From: Rickettsiales bacterium
GTDB taxonomy: Bacteria; Pseudomonadota; Alphaproteobacteria; Rs-D84
DNA length: 33,691 nt
Direction: 5' to 3'
Assembly: GCA_031267375.1 (NCBI GenBank)
Contig: JAIRZE010000096.1
Span: 1 to 33,691, forward strand
The position numbers and the translations under genes are program-made. Below the pieces are notes generated by a model. That model made no database searches, was not told the DNA's origin, and saw only the letters and a list, made by a program, of their open reading frames with translations. Below, in pieces: positions 7,522 to 16,752 of the stretch (positions within the stretch are counted from its first letter, which is position 1; each line of letters opens with the position of its first letter).

Positions 7522-7565
7522 ATGCGCCGATGCGTAAAGCTGGGGCGCGTAGCGCCTGTTTTTTT
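7522..7565 (+). promoter_or_regulatory. putative attenuator of ileS
   Basis: ATGCGCC(7522-28) pairs with GGCGCGT(7544-50); alternative GGGCGC-GTA-GCGCCT hairpin followed by a T7 tract. Confidence 0.7.
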
Positions 7566-7587
7566 ATAAGAGTCCAAGGAACAATAA

Positions 7588-10500
7588 ATGTCAAAAGCAA
7601 AGCACTATCCTGAAATCAACGCCCGCGCAGACTTTCCAAAGCTTGAAAAGGAAATTCTGGCTTTCTGGGATGCGGAAAAGATTTTCAACCAGACTATTGA
7701 AAACCGCGCCAGTGCGCCAGAATATGTTTTTTACGACGGACCGGCTTTTGGAAACGGACTTCCGCATTACGGGCATATTCTGACTTCCTATGTAAAGGAC
7801 CTTGTTCCGCGCTATCAGACTATGCGCGGGAAAAAAGTGCCGCGCAACATTGGCTGGGACTGCCACGGCCTGCCGGCCGAGCTGGAAGCTGAAAAATACC
7901 TAAAAATTTCAGGAAAAGCCGAAATCGCGAAATTCGGAATAAAAGAATTCAACGCCGTCTGCACAGAGCGCGTGCAGATGTATGTCGGCGAATGGGAAAA
8001 GTTTTTGACAAGAATGGGCCGCTGGATTGACTATTCGGACACTTACCGCACTATGGATTTGAACTATACCGAAAGCGTCATATGGGCATTCAAGAAATTG
8101 TATGACAAGGGCTTGATTTATGAAGGGACTTATTCAATATGGTACTCTTACGGCGCGGAGTCAACCGTTTCAAATTCCGAGACAAAGCAGGACGACTGCT
8201 ATCGCGAGCGGGAAGACACCAGCGTTACCGTGTCATTCCTTTTGGACGAAGAATTTGACGGGAAACCGACGCATATATTGGCTTGGACGACAACGCCCTG
8301 GACATTGGTCGCAAACTTCGCATTATGCGTTGGCGAAGACATAGACTACGCCGTTATGGAAGAGAATAACCAGTATTATGTAATCGGAGACAAGGCGCGC
8401 GAGCGTTATAAACAGCAACTGCAAAACGCAAGCTTTGTCAAGACGGTCAAAGGGCGCGATTTAGTGGGCAAGACTTACACGCCGCTGTTTGATTTCTTTG
8501 GTGATGTAAAACACGCGTTCAAGGTTGTCTCCGCCGACTATGTTACGATCGATGACGGAACCGGAATCGTCCACCTTGCGCCGTTTGGGGAAGAAGACTT
8601 GATAATTATGGAGCGCGAGGCTATTTCTTGGCACGCCCCCGTAGACAGTCAGGGAAAATTTACAAAGCAGGTTGGACAGTATGCCGGAATGCTTGTCTTT
8701 GATGCAATAGACCCAATTGTATCGGATCTTAAAAAATCAGGAAAGCTGATAAAGAAAGAGCAATACAGGCATATGTATCCGCATTGCTGGCGCACGGGTG
8801 TCCCGCTTATAAATATGCCGCTGAACAGCTGGTATGTGGCGGTTGATAAGTTTAGGGATCGCATTGGCGAATTAAATAAAAAAATTGATTGGATTCCGGA
8901 TCATATCCGCGACGGGCAAATGGGCAAGTGGCTGGCTGGCGCAAGGCCTTGGGCCATATCGCGCTCCCGATTTTTCGGCGCGCCGATCCCGGTTTGGAAA
9001 TCCGACAACCCGGAATATCCGCGGATTGATGTATACGGCAGCATTGCCGAGCTGGAACGTGACTTTGGTATAAAGATCACCGATTTTCACCGACCGTATA
9101 TAGACGAACTGACTCGGCCGAATCCGGATGACCCGACTGGAAAATCAATGATGCGCCGCATTCCGGAAGTATTGGATTGCTGGTTTGAATCCGGCGCTAT
9201 GCCTTTTGCGTCCAAGCATTATCCTTTTGAAAACAAGGATTGGTTTGATTCTCACTTTCCCGCTGATTTTATCGTGGAATACATAGCTCAAACGCGCGGC
9301 TGGTTTTATAATATGATGATTCTGGCAACGGCATTGTTTGATAACGAGCCATTCAAAACTTCGCTGTGCCACGGCGTGGTTTTGGGAAACGACGGCAAGA
9401 AAATGTCAAAATCCCTGCGCAATTATCCCGACCCTATGGATGTTATAGAAACATTGGGATCCGATTCATTGCGATGGTTTCTGATGTCTTCAACAATTCT
9501 GTCCGGGGGTAATATGTCCGTTGCGCGCGAAGATATCGCAAAGTCCGCACGCGAAGTCATAATGCCGCTGTGGAATACATTTTATTTCTTTACGCTTTAT
9601 GCAAACGCCGAAGGAATAAAAGCGAAAGAAATCGCAACCGCGACAGATCCGCTGGATAAATACATATTGTCAAAACTTCGCACTATGGTTCTGCGCGTCA
9701 CGGAATTGCTGGATGCGTCGCGCATAAATGAAGCCGCGCCATTATTCTCGGCATTTATGGAAATCTTGAACAACTGGTACATACGCCGCTCGCGCCCGCG
9801 CTTTTGGGACGGAAAAGACACGGCCGCATTTGATACTCTGTATACCGTACTGACCGTGCTATCCAAAGCATTGGCGCCTTATATGCCGATGACCGCGGAA
9901 TTTATTTACAAATCGCTGACTGGTGATAAATCCGTTCATTTGCAAAACTGGCCAGATGTATCAGCTATCGCGGAAAATCATAATATTGAAAAAGCAATGG
10001 ATATCGTGCAATCTGTGGTTGCCGTTGGAAAAGCCTTGCGCGAGAATGCAAGACTGCGCAATCGTTTGCCGCTGGCAAAAATGACTATCGCCGGCGCGGA
10101 TTTATCAGAGTACGCGGATATAATAAAAGATGAATTGAATGTAAAATCTGTTGAATTTACAACCAATATTTCATCCGTTGCCGATTCGTTCGTATATTTG
10201 ATTACCCCGAAAATCGGGGAAAGATTAGGCGGCGCTTTGAAAGAAATTATCCCAGCAGTAAAAGCCGGTAATTACGAAATCAAAGACGGGCAGCTTTATG
10301 TCCTTTGTCCTTCGTCCTTCGTCCTTCGTCCTTCGGAATACGAAAATCGTCTGACTGTAAAGCCCGGAATCACAGGCGCGGCATTGCCCGACAATACCGC
10401 CGTAGTCGTTCTGGATACAAATCTAACGCCGGAACTGATTGCCGAAGGCCTGGCCAACGACGCCCTGCGCTTTATTCAGGACACGCGCAAACTGGTTGGC

Positions 10501-10686
10501 CTGGATGTGTCTGACCGCATACATCTGACCGTCGCAGGCGACGCGGAAATGATAGCCGCGTTCCGCGCACACGAGCCGCGGATTGCGGAAGATGTCCTGG
10601 CGCTGGATATAAACTATTCTGACGGCGAACAGGAACACAAGACAGAGATTGAAAATCACAAGTTTTCAATAAAGATTGAAAAATGA
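7588..10686 (+). CDS. ileS: isoleucine--tRNA ligase, type 2
   Basis: LPHYGH, GWDCHGLP, AWTTTPWTL, YPHCWR, QTRGWF, KMSKS; long type-2 C-terminus without Zn finger. Confidence 0.97.
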   Translation: MSKAKHYPEINARADFPKLEKEILAFWDAEKIFNQTIENRASAPEYVFYDGPAFGNGLPHYGHILTSYVKDLVPRYQTMRGKKVPRNIGWDCHGLPAELEAEKYLKISGKAEIAKFGIKEFNAVCTERVQMYVGEWEKFLTRMGRWIDYSDTYRTMDLNYTESVIWAFKKLYDKGLIYEGTYSIWYSYGAESTVSNSETKQDDCYREREDTSVTVSFLLDEEFDGKPTHILAWTTTPWTLVANFALCVGEDIDYAVMEENNQYYVIGDKARERYKQQLQNASFVKTVKGRDLVGKTYTPLFDFFGDVKHAFKVVSADYVTIDDGTGIVHLAPFGEEDLIIMEREAISWHAPVDSQGKFTKQVGQYAGMLVFDAIDPIVSDLKKSGKLIKKEQYRHMYPHCWRTGVPLINMPLNSWYVAVDKFRDRIGELNKKIDWIPDHIRDGQMGKWLAGARPWAISRSRFFGAPIPVWKSDNPEYPRIDVYGSIAELERDFGIKITDFHRPYIDELTRPNPDDPTGKSMMRRIPEVLDCWFESGAMPFASKHYPFENKDWFDSHFPADFIVEYIAQTRGWFYNMMILATALFDNEPFKTSLCHGVVLGNDGKKMSKSLRNYPDPMDVIETLGSDSLRWFLMSSTILSGGNMSVAREDIAKSAREVIMPLWNTFYFFTLYANAEGIKAKEIATATDPLDKYILSKLRTMVLRVTELLDASRINEAAPLFSAFMEILNNWYIRRSRPRFWDGKDTAAFDTLYTVLTVLSKALAPYMPMTAEFIYKSLTGDKSVHLQNWPDVSAIAENHNIEKAMDIVQSVVAVGKALRENARLRNRLPLAKMTIAGADLSEYADIIKDELNVKSVEFTTNISSVADSFVYLITPKIGERLGGALKEIIPAVKAGNYEIKDGQLYVLCPSSFVLRPSEYENRLTVKPGITGAALPDNTAVVVLDTNLTPELIAEGLANDALRFIQDTRKLVGLDVSDRIHLTVAGDAEMIAAFRAHEPRIAEDVLALDINYSDGEQEHKTEIENHKFSIKIEK
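10300..10334. repeat. GTCCTTC heptamer array in frame in ileS (VLCPSSFVLRPS)
   Basis: GTCCTTT plus GTCCTTC x4. Confidence 0.92.
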
Positions 10687-11333
10687 TGAATCCGGAAACT
10701 TATTTCAAAATAATGCCGCAGCACTTGGATATGACGGTGCGCACGGAATTGTATTATGTGAACGAATTCACTTTCGCCGTCGCCGTCATTCTTTCCGCCC
10801 AGGCGACCGACAAGAAAGTAAATGAAATTACCCCGGCGCTTTTTGCGGTCGCTGATACGCCGGAAGCAATGCTTACACTCAGTGAATCCGGCTTGAAAGA
10901 GCATATAAAGGTTATTTCTTTTTTCAATAACAAGGCAAAGAATATCCTGGCATTGTCTGAACTGTTAAACAAAAGGACAGATGGGCAAAAGGACAAATGG
11001 ACATTTCCAGTAAAATACCACAATCGCGATGAATTGATGAAGCTGCCGGGCATAGGCCAGAAAACGGCAAATGTTATAATGAATGTTCTTTGGGGCGCGC
11101 CGACGATCGGCATAGACACCCACGCATTCCGCCTGGCGCACAGATTCGGCTGGGTCGGCGATTCTGATAATACGCCAGAGAAAGTAGAAGAAAAATTATT
11201 AAAATTGATTCCGAAAAAATACCACAATGCCGTGAATCATATTATGGTCCTGCACGGGCGATATATCTGCAAGGCGCAGAAACCTTTATGCGCGGATTGC
11301 CCGGTGAATAAATTTTGTCCTGCGCGGACTTGA
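10683..11333 (+). CDS. nth: endonuclease III
   Basis: LSAQATD, LPGIGQKTAN, IDTH, C-x6-C-x2-C-x5-C Fe-S motif. Confidence 0.96.
   Translation: MMNPETYFKIMPQHLDMTVRTELYYVNEFTFAVAVILSAQATDKKVNEITPALFAVADTPEAMLTLSESGLKEHIKVISFFNNKAKNILALSELLNKRTDGQKDKWTFPVKYHNRDELMKLPGIGQKTANVIMNVLWGAPTIGIDTHAFRLAHRFGWVGDSDNTPEKVEEKLLKLIPKKYHNAVNHIMVLHGRYICKAQKPLCADCPVNKFCPART
10970..11003. repeat. GGACAAA(A/T) octamer array in frame in nth (KRTDGQKDKWT)
   Basis: CAAAAGGA CAGATGGG CAAAAGGA CAAATGGA CA. Confidence 0.88.
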
Positions 11334-11341
11334 TTTTCTTC

Positions 11342-11369
11342 TTGTATTCCCTGATTCTTATGATAAGAT
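11342..11369 (+). promoter_or_regulatory. putative promoter of structured RNA
   Basis: TTGTAT-16bp-TAAGAT with TGn extension. Confidence 0.5.
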
Positions 11370-11374
11370 TCCCA

Positions 11375-11540
11375 GCAGTGTCGGGGTATTCCCGACGCCG
11401 GGTCCTAGAAACCCCACACGCAATAAAAAAATTCCTGCCCGGACTTTTATGGCAGGAGGACGGCGAAATTAAATACGCCGTGCAAGTCATTGTGTGTTCT
11501 TGTTTCTAGCCTCCTGCCGCCTCTTTTACAAGGCGGTTTA
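11375..11540 (+). ncRNA. structured RNA resembling the phage c4 antisense RNA with upstream target sites
   Basis: GGCAGGAGG/CCTCCTGCC closing stem, ACGGCG/CGCCGT hairpin, internal GTTTCTAG and ATTGTGTGT complementary to upstream CTAGAAAC and ACACGCAAT. Confidence 0.55.
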
Positions 11541-11595
11541 ATTATGGCGGGAAACAGAGCAATTTGTCATCAGGCTAAAATTCCCAAGATAAAAG

Positions 11596-11658
11596 AAACA
11601 CTGATCAAGAGCGTTGGCGGTCGGCTCTCTCCTTCCGCCGCGCTCTTGACCAGTGTTT
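11596..11658. other. long imperfect hairpin directly after pheT stop
   Basis: AAACACTG-A-TCAAGAGCG..GGCGG / CCGCC..CGCTCTTGA-C-CAGTGTTT. Confidence 0.7.
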
Positions 11659-13953
11659 TTATTTGTCGCGTATTTTCGCACCAGTTTTTTCCACAGATGC
11701 AATGATCCGGTTTTGCATTTCCTGCAAGTCCGCGTCCGTCATATTCTTGTCCGGATAAGCAGTTATCGTGAAAGCAATGGACTTCTGCCCGTCTTTTTCA
11801 AACACATCAAAGACCATAATGTCGCGGATTTGCTGATCCACAAAGGCCGCTCTTATTATATCCTGCGCGTTTTGATTCTGCGCGCACCAGAACGCGAAGT
11901 CTTTTTTTATCGGCTGAAAATCAGTTATGGGCTTTTTAAGATGTTCGGCTATGCCTTTTTCCGCATTTTCTATAAATGCGATTTCAACATTCGTCTTTAT
12001 GCCGAATTTCTTTGCCAGTCCCGGATGCAGCTCTGCAAATTCCGCCTGGAATCCAATCTCTGGCAATTCAATCCGCCCATATCTGTACGGATGCGCCCAC
12101 TTCGGCGGATTATCAGTCTTTACATCATACCATACATTCGCGCCGATCAGCGCGTTCAGATCAGCGCGGACATCAAACACATCAACGGGACGATTTCGTT
12201 TCTGCCAATGTTTTGGATAATTGTTTCCGGTGCGGACGATCAAAAGCTGCCAATGCTCTTGCCCTGGTATTCCGCCGTCAAAAACATTTCCGCATTCAAA
12301 CAAGGCAAGGTCCGGGAAGCCGCGCCGCTCGTTATCCGCGATAACATTCAGCATATTCGGTAGCAAATGGTTGCGCGCCGTGTTCATATTTTCGGTAATC
12401 GGATTTTTTATAATCACATTCGGTTTGTCGGAAATCAATTTCTCCTGGGCCAGATTTCCAAACCCGTATGTTATAACCTCTGTCAGACCCAAATGCGTCA
12501 ATAAATCGGTCTTTCCGCCCATTTTTTGAATAACAGGATTTGCAACCTGCCGCCGGTCGGCGAACAAATTGACATATCCTGTGATGCGGATTATGTCCGA
12601 CACGATAGTTTCCGGAATATCCACATCAACCCGCCAGCTTGGCACAATCAAATCGTTTGCATTCGCAAATTTATACCCCAGTTTTTCCAATATTTCCTTT
12701 TGCTTCCCGGCGTCCAGGAACCAGCCTGTTTTTCTGCCGAATAATTCAGAATCATATCTTATTATCTTTGGATTATATTTCGGCAAATCCTTGATCGCGG
12801 CGATAATTCTTCCCCCACAGGCTTTTTGAATAATATCTGTCGCCATATCCAGCGCTTCGCCAGTAATGGTCGGATCAATTCCACGCTCGTACCTATACGA
12901 CGAATCAGTCTTCAAGCCCAAGCGCTTTGCGGTCTTGCGAATTCCAACCGGCTCAAAATAAGCGCTTTCCAGCAGGATATTTTTTGTATTTTCCGTCGTC
13001 ATTCCGCGCTTTCCGCCGATAATTCCAGCCAGTGCCAGAATTCCCTTTTTATCGGTTATGACCAGATCGTCCGCGGTTAAAATATGTTCTGCATCAAATA
13101 AATCCTCAAACTTTTCGCCGGCCACGGCCAAGCGCACAATTATGTCGCCATCTATTTCGTCCGCGTCAAAGCAATGCATAGGCTGGCCCAGGTCATAGCA
13201 GACATAGTTGGTCGCATCTATGCAGGCATTCTTTGGATTTACGCCTATCGCTTCCAGCCGCCGCTTTATAGTTTCGCCTGATTCCGCCATTTTTATATCG
13301 CTGATTTCAATAAAGTTATAAACAGGGCAGCGATCCGGATTTTGGATAAAAGCTTTGCGCCGACCCGCAATATTATTTATGACTGGAAATTCCCTGTTTA
13401 TAAAGCTTCCGGCGATGGATGTTGCGGACAAATCGCGCGCTATTCCGCGAACAGACAAGTAATCCGGCCGGTTGGGTGTAATTCCTGCATCAAAAACAAT
13501 ATAATTATCGGAATCTTTTTTTTCTATCAAAGGGTTTCCGATTTTATACTTCTTTTCATCCAATTCTATGATTCCGTCGTGATCTTCGCCCAGTCCCAGC
13601 TCTTTTTCGCTGCACATCATACCGTTGGATTCAAAGCCGCGGATTTTGCCGGCCTTTATTTCCATATTGCCAATTTTGCAGCCCGGGCGGGCCAGCGCGG
13701 AAACCAGGCCAGCGCGCGCGTTCGGTGCGCCGCAGACGACTTGACGAGGAAGCCCAGACCCGTCGTCCACTTTCAGCAAATGCAAATGAGTGTTCGGAAT
13801 ATCCGAAGATTCGCAAATCTTCGCCGCAATTGGACGGACAGGCTCTATCAATTCCTCTACCTCTAACCCGGCCAGGGTCAGAGCATTCGCGATCGTTCGC
13901 GCGGTCGCATCCGTATTCAAATAATCTTTCAACCAATCAAGTGTCCAGCGCAT
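11659..13953 (-). CDS. pheT: phenylalanine--tRNA ligase beta subunit
   Basis: Starts MRWTLDWLKDY at 13953; VVCGAPN, SNGMMCS, TPNRPDYLS, GQPMHCFD, PSWRVD. Confidence 0.97.
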   Translation of the reverse strand: MRWTLDWLKDYLNTDATARTIANALTLAGLEVEELIEPVRPIAAKICESSDIPNTHLHLLKVDDGSGLPRQVVCGAPNARAGLVSALARPGCKIGNMEIKAGKIRGFESNGMMCSEKELGLGEDHDGIIELDEKKYKIGNPLIEKKDSDNYIVFDAGITPNRPDYLSVRGIARDLSATSIAGSFINREFPVINNIAGRRKAFIQNPDRCPVYNFIEISDIKMAESGETIKRRLEAIGVNPKNACIDATNYVCYDLGQPMHCFDADEIDGDIIVRLAVAGEKFEDLFDAEHILTADDLVITDKKGILALAGIIGGKRGMTTENTKNILLESAYFEPVGIRKTAKRLGLKTDSSYRYERGIDPTITGEALDMATDIIQKACGGRIIAAIKDLPKYNPKIIRYDSELFGRKTGWFLDAGKQKEILEKLGYKFANANDLIVPSWRVDVDIPETIVSDIIRITGYVNLFADRRQVANPVIQKMGGKTDLLTHLGLTEVITYGFGNLAQEKLISDKPNVIIKNPITENMNTARNHLLPNMLNVIADNERRGFPDLALFECGNVFDGGIPGQEHWQLLIVRTGNNYPKHWQKRNRPVDVFDVRADLNALIGANVWYDVKTDNPPKWAHPYRYGRIELPEIGFQAEFAELHPGLAKKFGIKTNVEIAFIENAEKGIAEHLKKPITDFQPIKKDFAFWCAQNQNAQDIIRAAFVDQQIRDIMVFDVFEKDGQKSIAFTITAYPDKNMTDADLQEMQNRIIASVEKTGAKIRDK

Positions 13954-13954
13954 C

Positions 13955-14938
13955 TTAAAATCCTTCGTTTTGCAGCCAGCGAATATCGCCGTCATAAAAT
14001 TTTCTTATATCGTTCAGGCCGTATTTCAGCATAGCCAATCTGTCCCAGCCAAAACCCCAGGCATAGCCCTGGAATTCATCCGGATTAATGTTGCAGTTTT
14101 TCAAAACATTCGGATGAACCATTCCGGCGCCCATAATTTCCAGCCAACTGGTGTTTTTATCTTCGTTCTGAGCCAGATTTCCAGTACTTTTATCCCACAG
14201 CACATCTATTTCAACAGACGGGTCGGTAAAAGGAAAATAACTTGGGCGGATCCGCAGCGAAGTCGTTTTCTGGAAAAATAATTCCAAAAACATTTTTATG
14301 TCGGAAATCATATCCTGCAAAGTTATATCTTTGCCCACATTCAATCCTTCTATCTGATGAAACATAGGCGAATGAGTAGCATCCATATCGCGCCGGAAAG
14401 TCGCGCCGGCGGCGAATATTTTTATCGGGGCGCCGGATTTTTCCATCTCGCGAATTTGAATAGCGCTTGTTTGGGTGCGCAGAACATTATCTGTCCCATC
14501 TATAAAGAAAGTGTCCTGCATATCGCGGGCAGGGTGGTATTCCGGTGTATTCAAAGCAGTAAAATTATGCCAATCGTCTTCTATTTCCGGACCAAAGCGC
14601 GAAGAATAACCCATAGCCAATAAAATATCGCCTATCTCGCGCAGCGCCCTGGTAAGCGGATGTATTTTTCCGATAACAACAGGCGCGGCGTCCAGCGACA
14701 TATCAATCTTGTCTTTTTCCAATGCTGCGTTCAATGCCGCATCTTCCAATTGTGTCTGGCGCGCGGCAAACACCTCTCGCAATTGCGAATTTTCCAAGTT
14801 TAATGCCGCCCGCGCTTCCAGCGACAAATCCTTCATAGTTTTCAAGCGTGCGGTCATAGTGCCGTTCTTGCCAAAGGTCGCCGTATGCAGGGCCTGCAAT
14901 TCTTCCAATGAATTTATGTTTTTTATTTGTTCAATCAT
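13955..14938 (-). CDS. pheS: phenylalanine--tRNA ligase alpha subunit
   Basis: HPARDMQDTF, LRTQTS, THSPMFHQIEG, RPSYFPFT, GAGMVHP. Confidence 0.97.
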   Translation of the reverse strand: MIEQIKNINSLEELQALHTATFGKNGTMTARLKTMKDLSLEARAALNLENSQLREVFAARQTQLEDAALNAALEKDKIDMSLDAAPVVIGKIHPLTRALREIGDILLAMGYSSRFGPEIEDDWHNFTALNTPEYHPARDMQDTFFIDGTDNVLRTQTSAIQIREMEKSGAPIKIFAAGATFRRDMDATHSPMFHQIEGLNVGKDITLQDMISDIKMFLELFFQKTTSLRIRPSYFPFTDPSVEIDVLWDKSTGNLAQNEDKNTSWLEIMGAGMVHPNVLKNCNINPDEFQGYAWGFGWDRLAMLKYGLNDIRKFYDGDIRWLQNEGF

Positions 14939-14940
14939 TT

Positions 14941-15085
14941 TAGTGGTCAGTGGTTAGTTGTTAGTGGTCAGTTCAAGTATGACAAATTCTAATAAAAAAT
15001 ACCACCGTAAAGTGGTATTTATGTGGACAGTGTTGTGGCCGTGGAAAGATAAAACTGACCACTGGCCACCAATCACTGACCACTA
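14941..15085. repeat. inverted AGTGGT(C/T) heptamer arms around a terminator-like hairpin
   Basis: Arms at 14941-14973 and 15053-15085; hairpin AAATACCAC/GTGGTATTT at 14997-15020; rplT stop lies inside the arm. Confidence 0.9.
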
Positions 15086-15439
15086 CTTGATAAATCGTTT
15101 TGCTGTTTCAATCAACGCCGCGAAGTTTGCATCCCCGGCATAGGCCATTTCCGCCAAAACCTTGCGATCCAATTCTATGCCCGCCTTTTTCAAGCCGTTC
15201 ATAAACTGGCTGTATGTCAGTCCCGCGGCGCGGACGGCCGCATTAATGCGGATAATCCACAGGCTGCGGAATTCGCGCTTTTTGACGCGACGGTCGCGAT
15301 ATGCGTACTGTCCGGCTTTTTCGGTTTTTTCACGCGCCGCGCGGTATGTGCTGCCGTGGCGGCCCAGATAGCCCTTTGCGCGTTCCAGGATTTTGGAATG
15401 TTTTCTATTTACGGTCGTGCCGCGTTTTACTCTTGCCAT
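15083..15439 (-). CDS. rplT: 50S ribosomal protein L20
   Basis: [29 protein letters not shown]. Confidence 0.98.
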   Translation of the reverse strand: MARVKRGTTVNRKHSKILERAKGYLGRHGSTYRAAREKTEKAGQYAYRDRRVKKREFRSLWIIRINAAVRAAGLTYSQFMNGLKKAGIELDRKVLAEMAYAGDANFAALIETAKRFIK

Positions 15440-15459
15440 AATTAAAGTCCTTTATCTTT

Positions 15460-15484
15460 TGTCATTCCGGCGCAGGCCGGAACC
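15460..15484. repeat. REP-like palindrome
   Basis: TGTCATTCCGGC-GCAG-GCCGGAACC; related to 639-678. Confidence 0.7.
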
Positions 15485-15496
15485 TTTTATTTTATC

Positions 15497-15703
15497 TTAT
15501 TTGGGAAGTCCGTACGGGGACAAGATTTTCGCCTGGCCGACCATATTGGAATTCAGATATTGAGCTTTGGAACCCTGGTTATTGGCCCGGGCGGACTTTT
15601 TACGCAACAGTTTTTTATGGCTGTTTCTTGCGACGCGGATTTTTCCGGTCGCGGTCAGACTTGCGCGTTTTTTCAAGTATGACTTGGTTTTCATCTTTGG
15701 CAT
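15497..15703 (-). CDS. rpmI: 50S ribosomal protein L35
   Basis: MPKMKTKS..KKR...TATGKI; upstream of rplT. Confidence 0.95.
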   Translation of the reverse strand: MPKMKTKSYLKKRASLTATGKIRVARNSHKKLLRKKSARANNQGSKAQYLNSNMVGQAKILSPYGLPK

Positions 15704-15721
15704 TTTTGCTCCCTTTGGTCG

Positions 15722-15751
15722 CAGTGGTTAGTTGTCAGTGGTCAGTGGTTA
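15722..15751. repeat. AGTGGT(C/T) array in rpmI leader
   Basis: CAGTGGT TAGTTGT CAGTGGT CAGTGGT TA. Confidence 0.88.
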
Positions 15752-15865
15752 AACCGGCCAAAACGCTTTTATGGCTGCCTTTGCCATTTCAAGCCCTGCT
15801 ATTCTGGCAGAAATTTATCAAAAATCAAGTTGAAACTTCATATTATTTGTTCCATACTGGCCGCG

Positions 15866-16687
15866 ATGGAAATTAAAAAATTATCTTCGCGAATTTATAC
15901 CTTGGCCAAGGCCGGCGTCGCGGCGGCCATTCTGCCCGTTTTTTTGATTTACATTATGATTGACAAGCCAGATTACAAAGTTATGAACGCTGCCGCCCAT
16001 ATAGTCGTTCCCGCGGCCGGATTTGTCGCAGACGGCGCGACCTGGCCGATTCGCATCGTCGGCCGCGCCGCCGCCAATATCAGAGAGCTTTCGTCCCTGC
16101 GCGGCGAAAATGCGGAATTGCGCGCGCGACTGGATGCGGCCCAGGCCCGCAGTGCGGAGTGCGATATTCTGATCTCGGAAAATCAAAAGCTGGCGAAAGA
16201 GCTGGATATGGCGCGCGATGTTCCGCAAAAAACAATAGTGGCGCAGGTGATTCACGATAATACCGCGTTTCATCACAGCTCTTTCACAATATCCAAGGGA
16301 ACGGAATCCGGCATAGCGCCCGGAATGGCGGTCGTATCTTTTCAGGGATTTCTGGTCGGCATAGTCTCGTCCGCGGGCCAAACTTTTGCAAAAGTCCGCA
16401 GCCTTTATGATGCGAAATCAAATATACCCGTTCGTATCGCTGGCAGTGAGATTTATGGATTCCTGTCCGGCAACGGCGCGGCCGCGCCGACGATCGGATT
16501 TTTCAATGATCCGGAATTTCAAAATACAAAAGGGCTGAAATTGGTGTCTTCCGGGATCCGCGGCACTTTGCCCGGCGGATTGCCTGTCGGCACGACCGGC
16601 AAAGGCAGCGATGTAGAGGTCGCGCCTTTTTCACAGTCAACCGAGGTTATGGTCCTGGTCTTTGATGATAAAACGAAATACAAATGA
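15866..16687 (+). CDS. mreC: rod shape-determining protein MreC
   Basis: N-terminal TM helix, coiled coil (LRGENAELR), KG...GIAPGMAVV..GFLVG, SSG..G..P.GLPVG; context. Confidence 0.9.
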   Translation: MEIKKLSSRIYTLAKAGVAAAILPVFLIYIMIDKPDYKVMNAAAHIVVPAAGFVADGATWPIRIVGRAAANIRELSSLRGENAELRARLDAAQARSAECDILISENQKLAKELDMARDVPQKTIVAQVIHDNTAFHHSSFTISKGTESGIAPGMAVVSFQGFLVGIVSSAGQTFAKVRSLYDAKSNIPVRIAGSEIYGFLSGNGAAAPTIGFFNDPEFQNTKGLKLVSSGIRGTLPGGLPVGTTGKGSDVEVAPFSQSTEVMVLVFDDKTKYK

Positions 16688-16749
16688 TGGACAAAAGGGC
16701 ATAAGGACAAAAGGTCATTGTCCTTATGTCCTTATGTCCTTATGTCCAT
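16687..16749. repeat. spacerless palindrome of octamer arms between mreC and mreD
   Basis: ATGGACAAAAGGGCATAAGGACAAAAGGTCA / TGTCCTTA x3 TGTCCAT. Confidence 0.9.
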
Positions 16750-16752
16750 TTT

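Noticed and set aside
11375-11658. tmRNA, 6S, SRP or RNase P RNA
   Set aside because: No tRNA-like CCA end or tag frame, no SRP GGAA domain IV motif and no RNase P signature recognised.
14939-15082. pheM-like Phe-rich leader peptide upstream of pheS
   Set aside because: A terminator-like hairpin is present on the minus strand, but I found no short ORF enriched in Phe codons.
14941-15085. Repeat arrays as CRISPR
   Set aside because: Units are 7-8 bp and tandem, with no 25-40 bp repeat-spacer periodicity and no cas genes.
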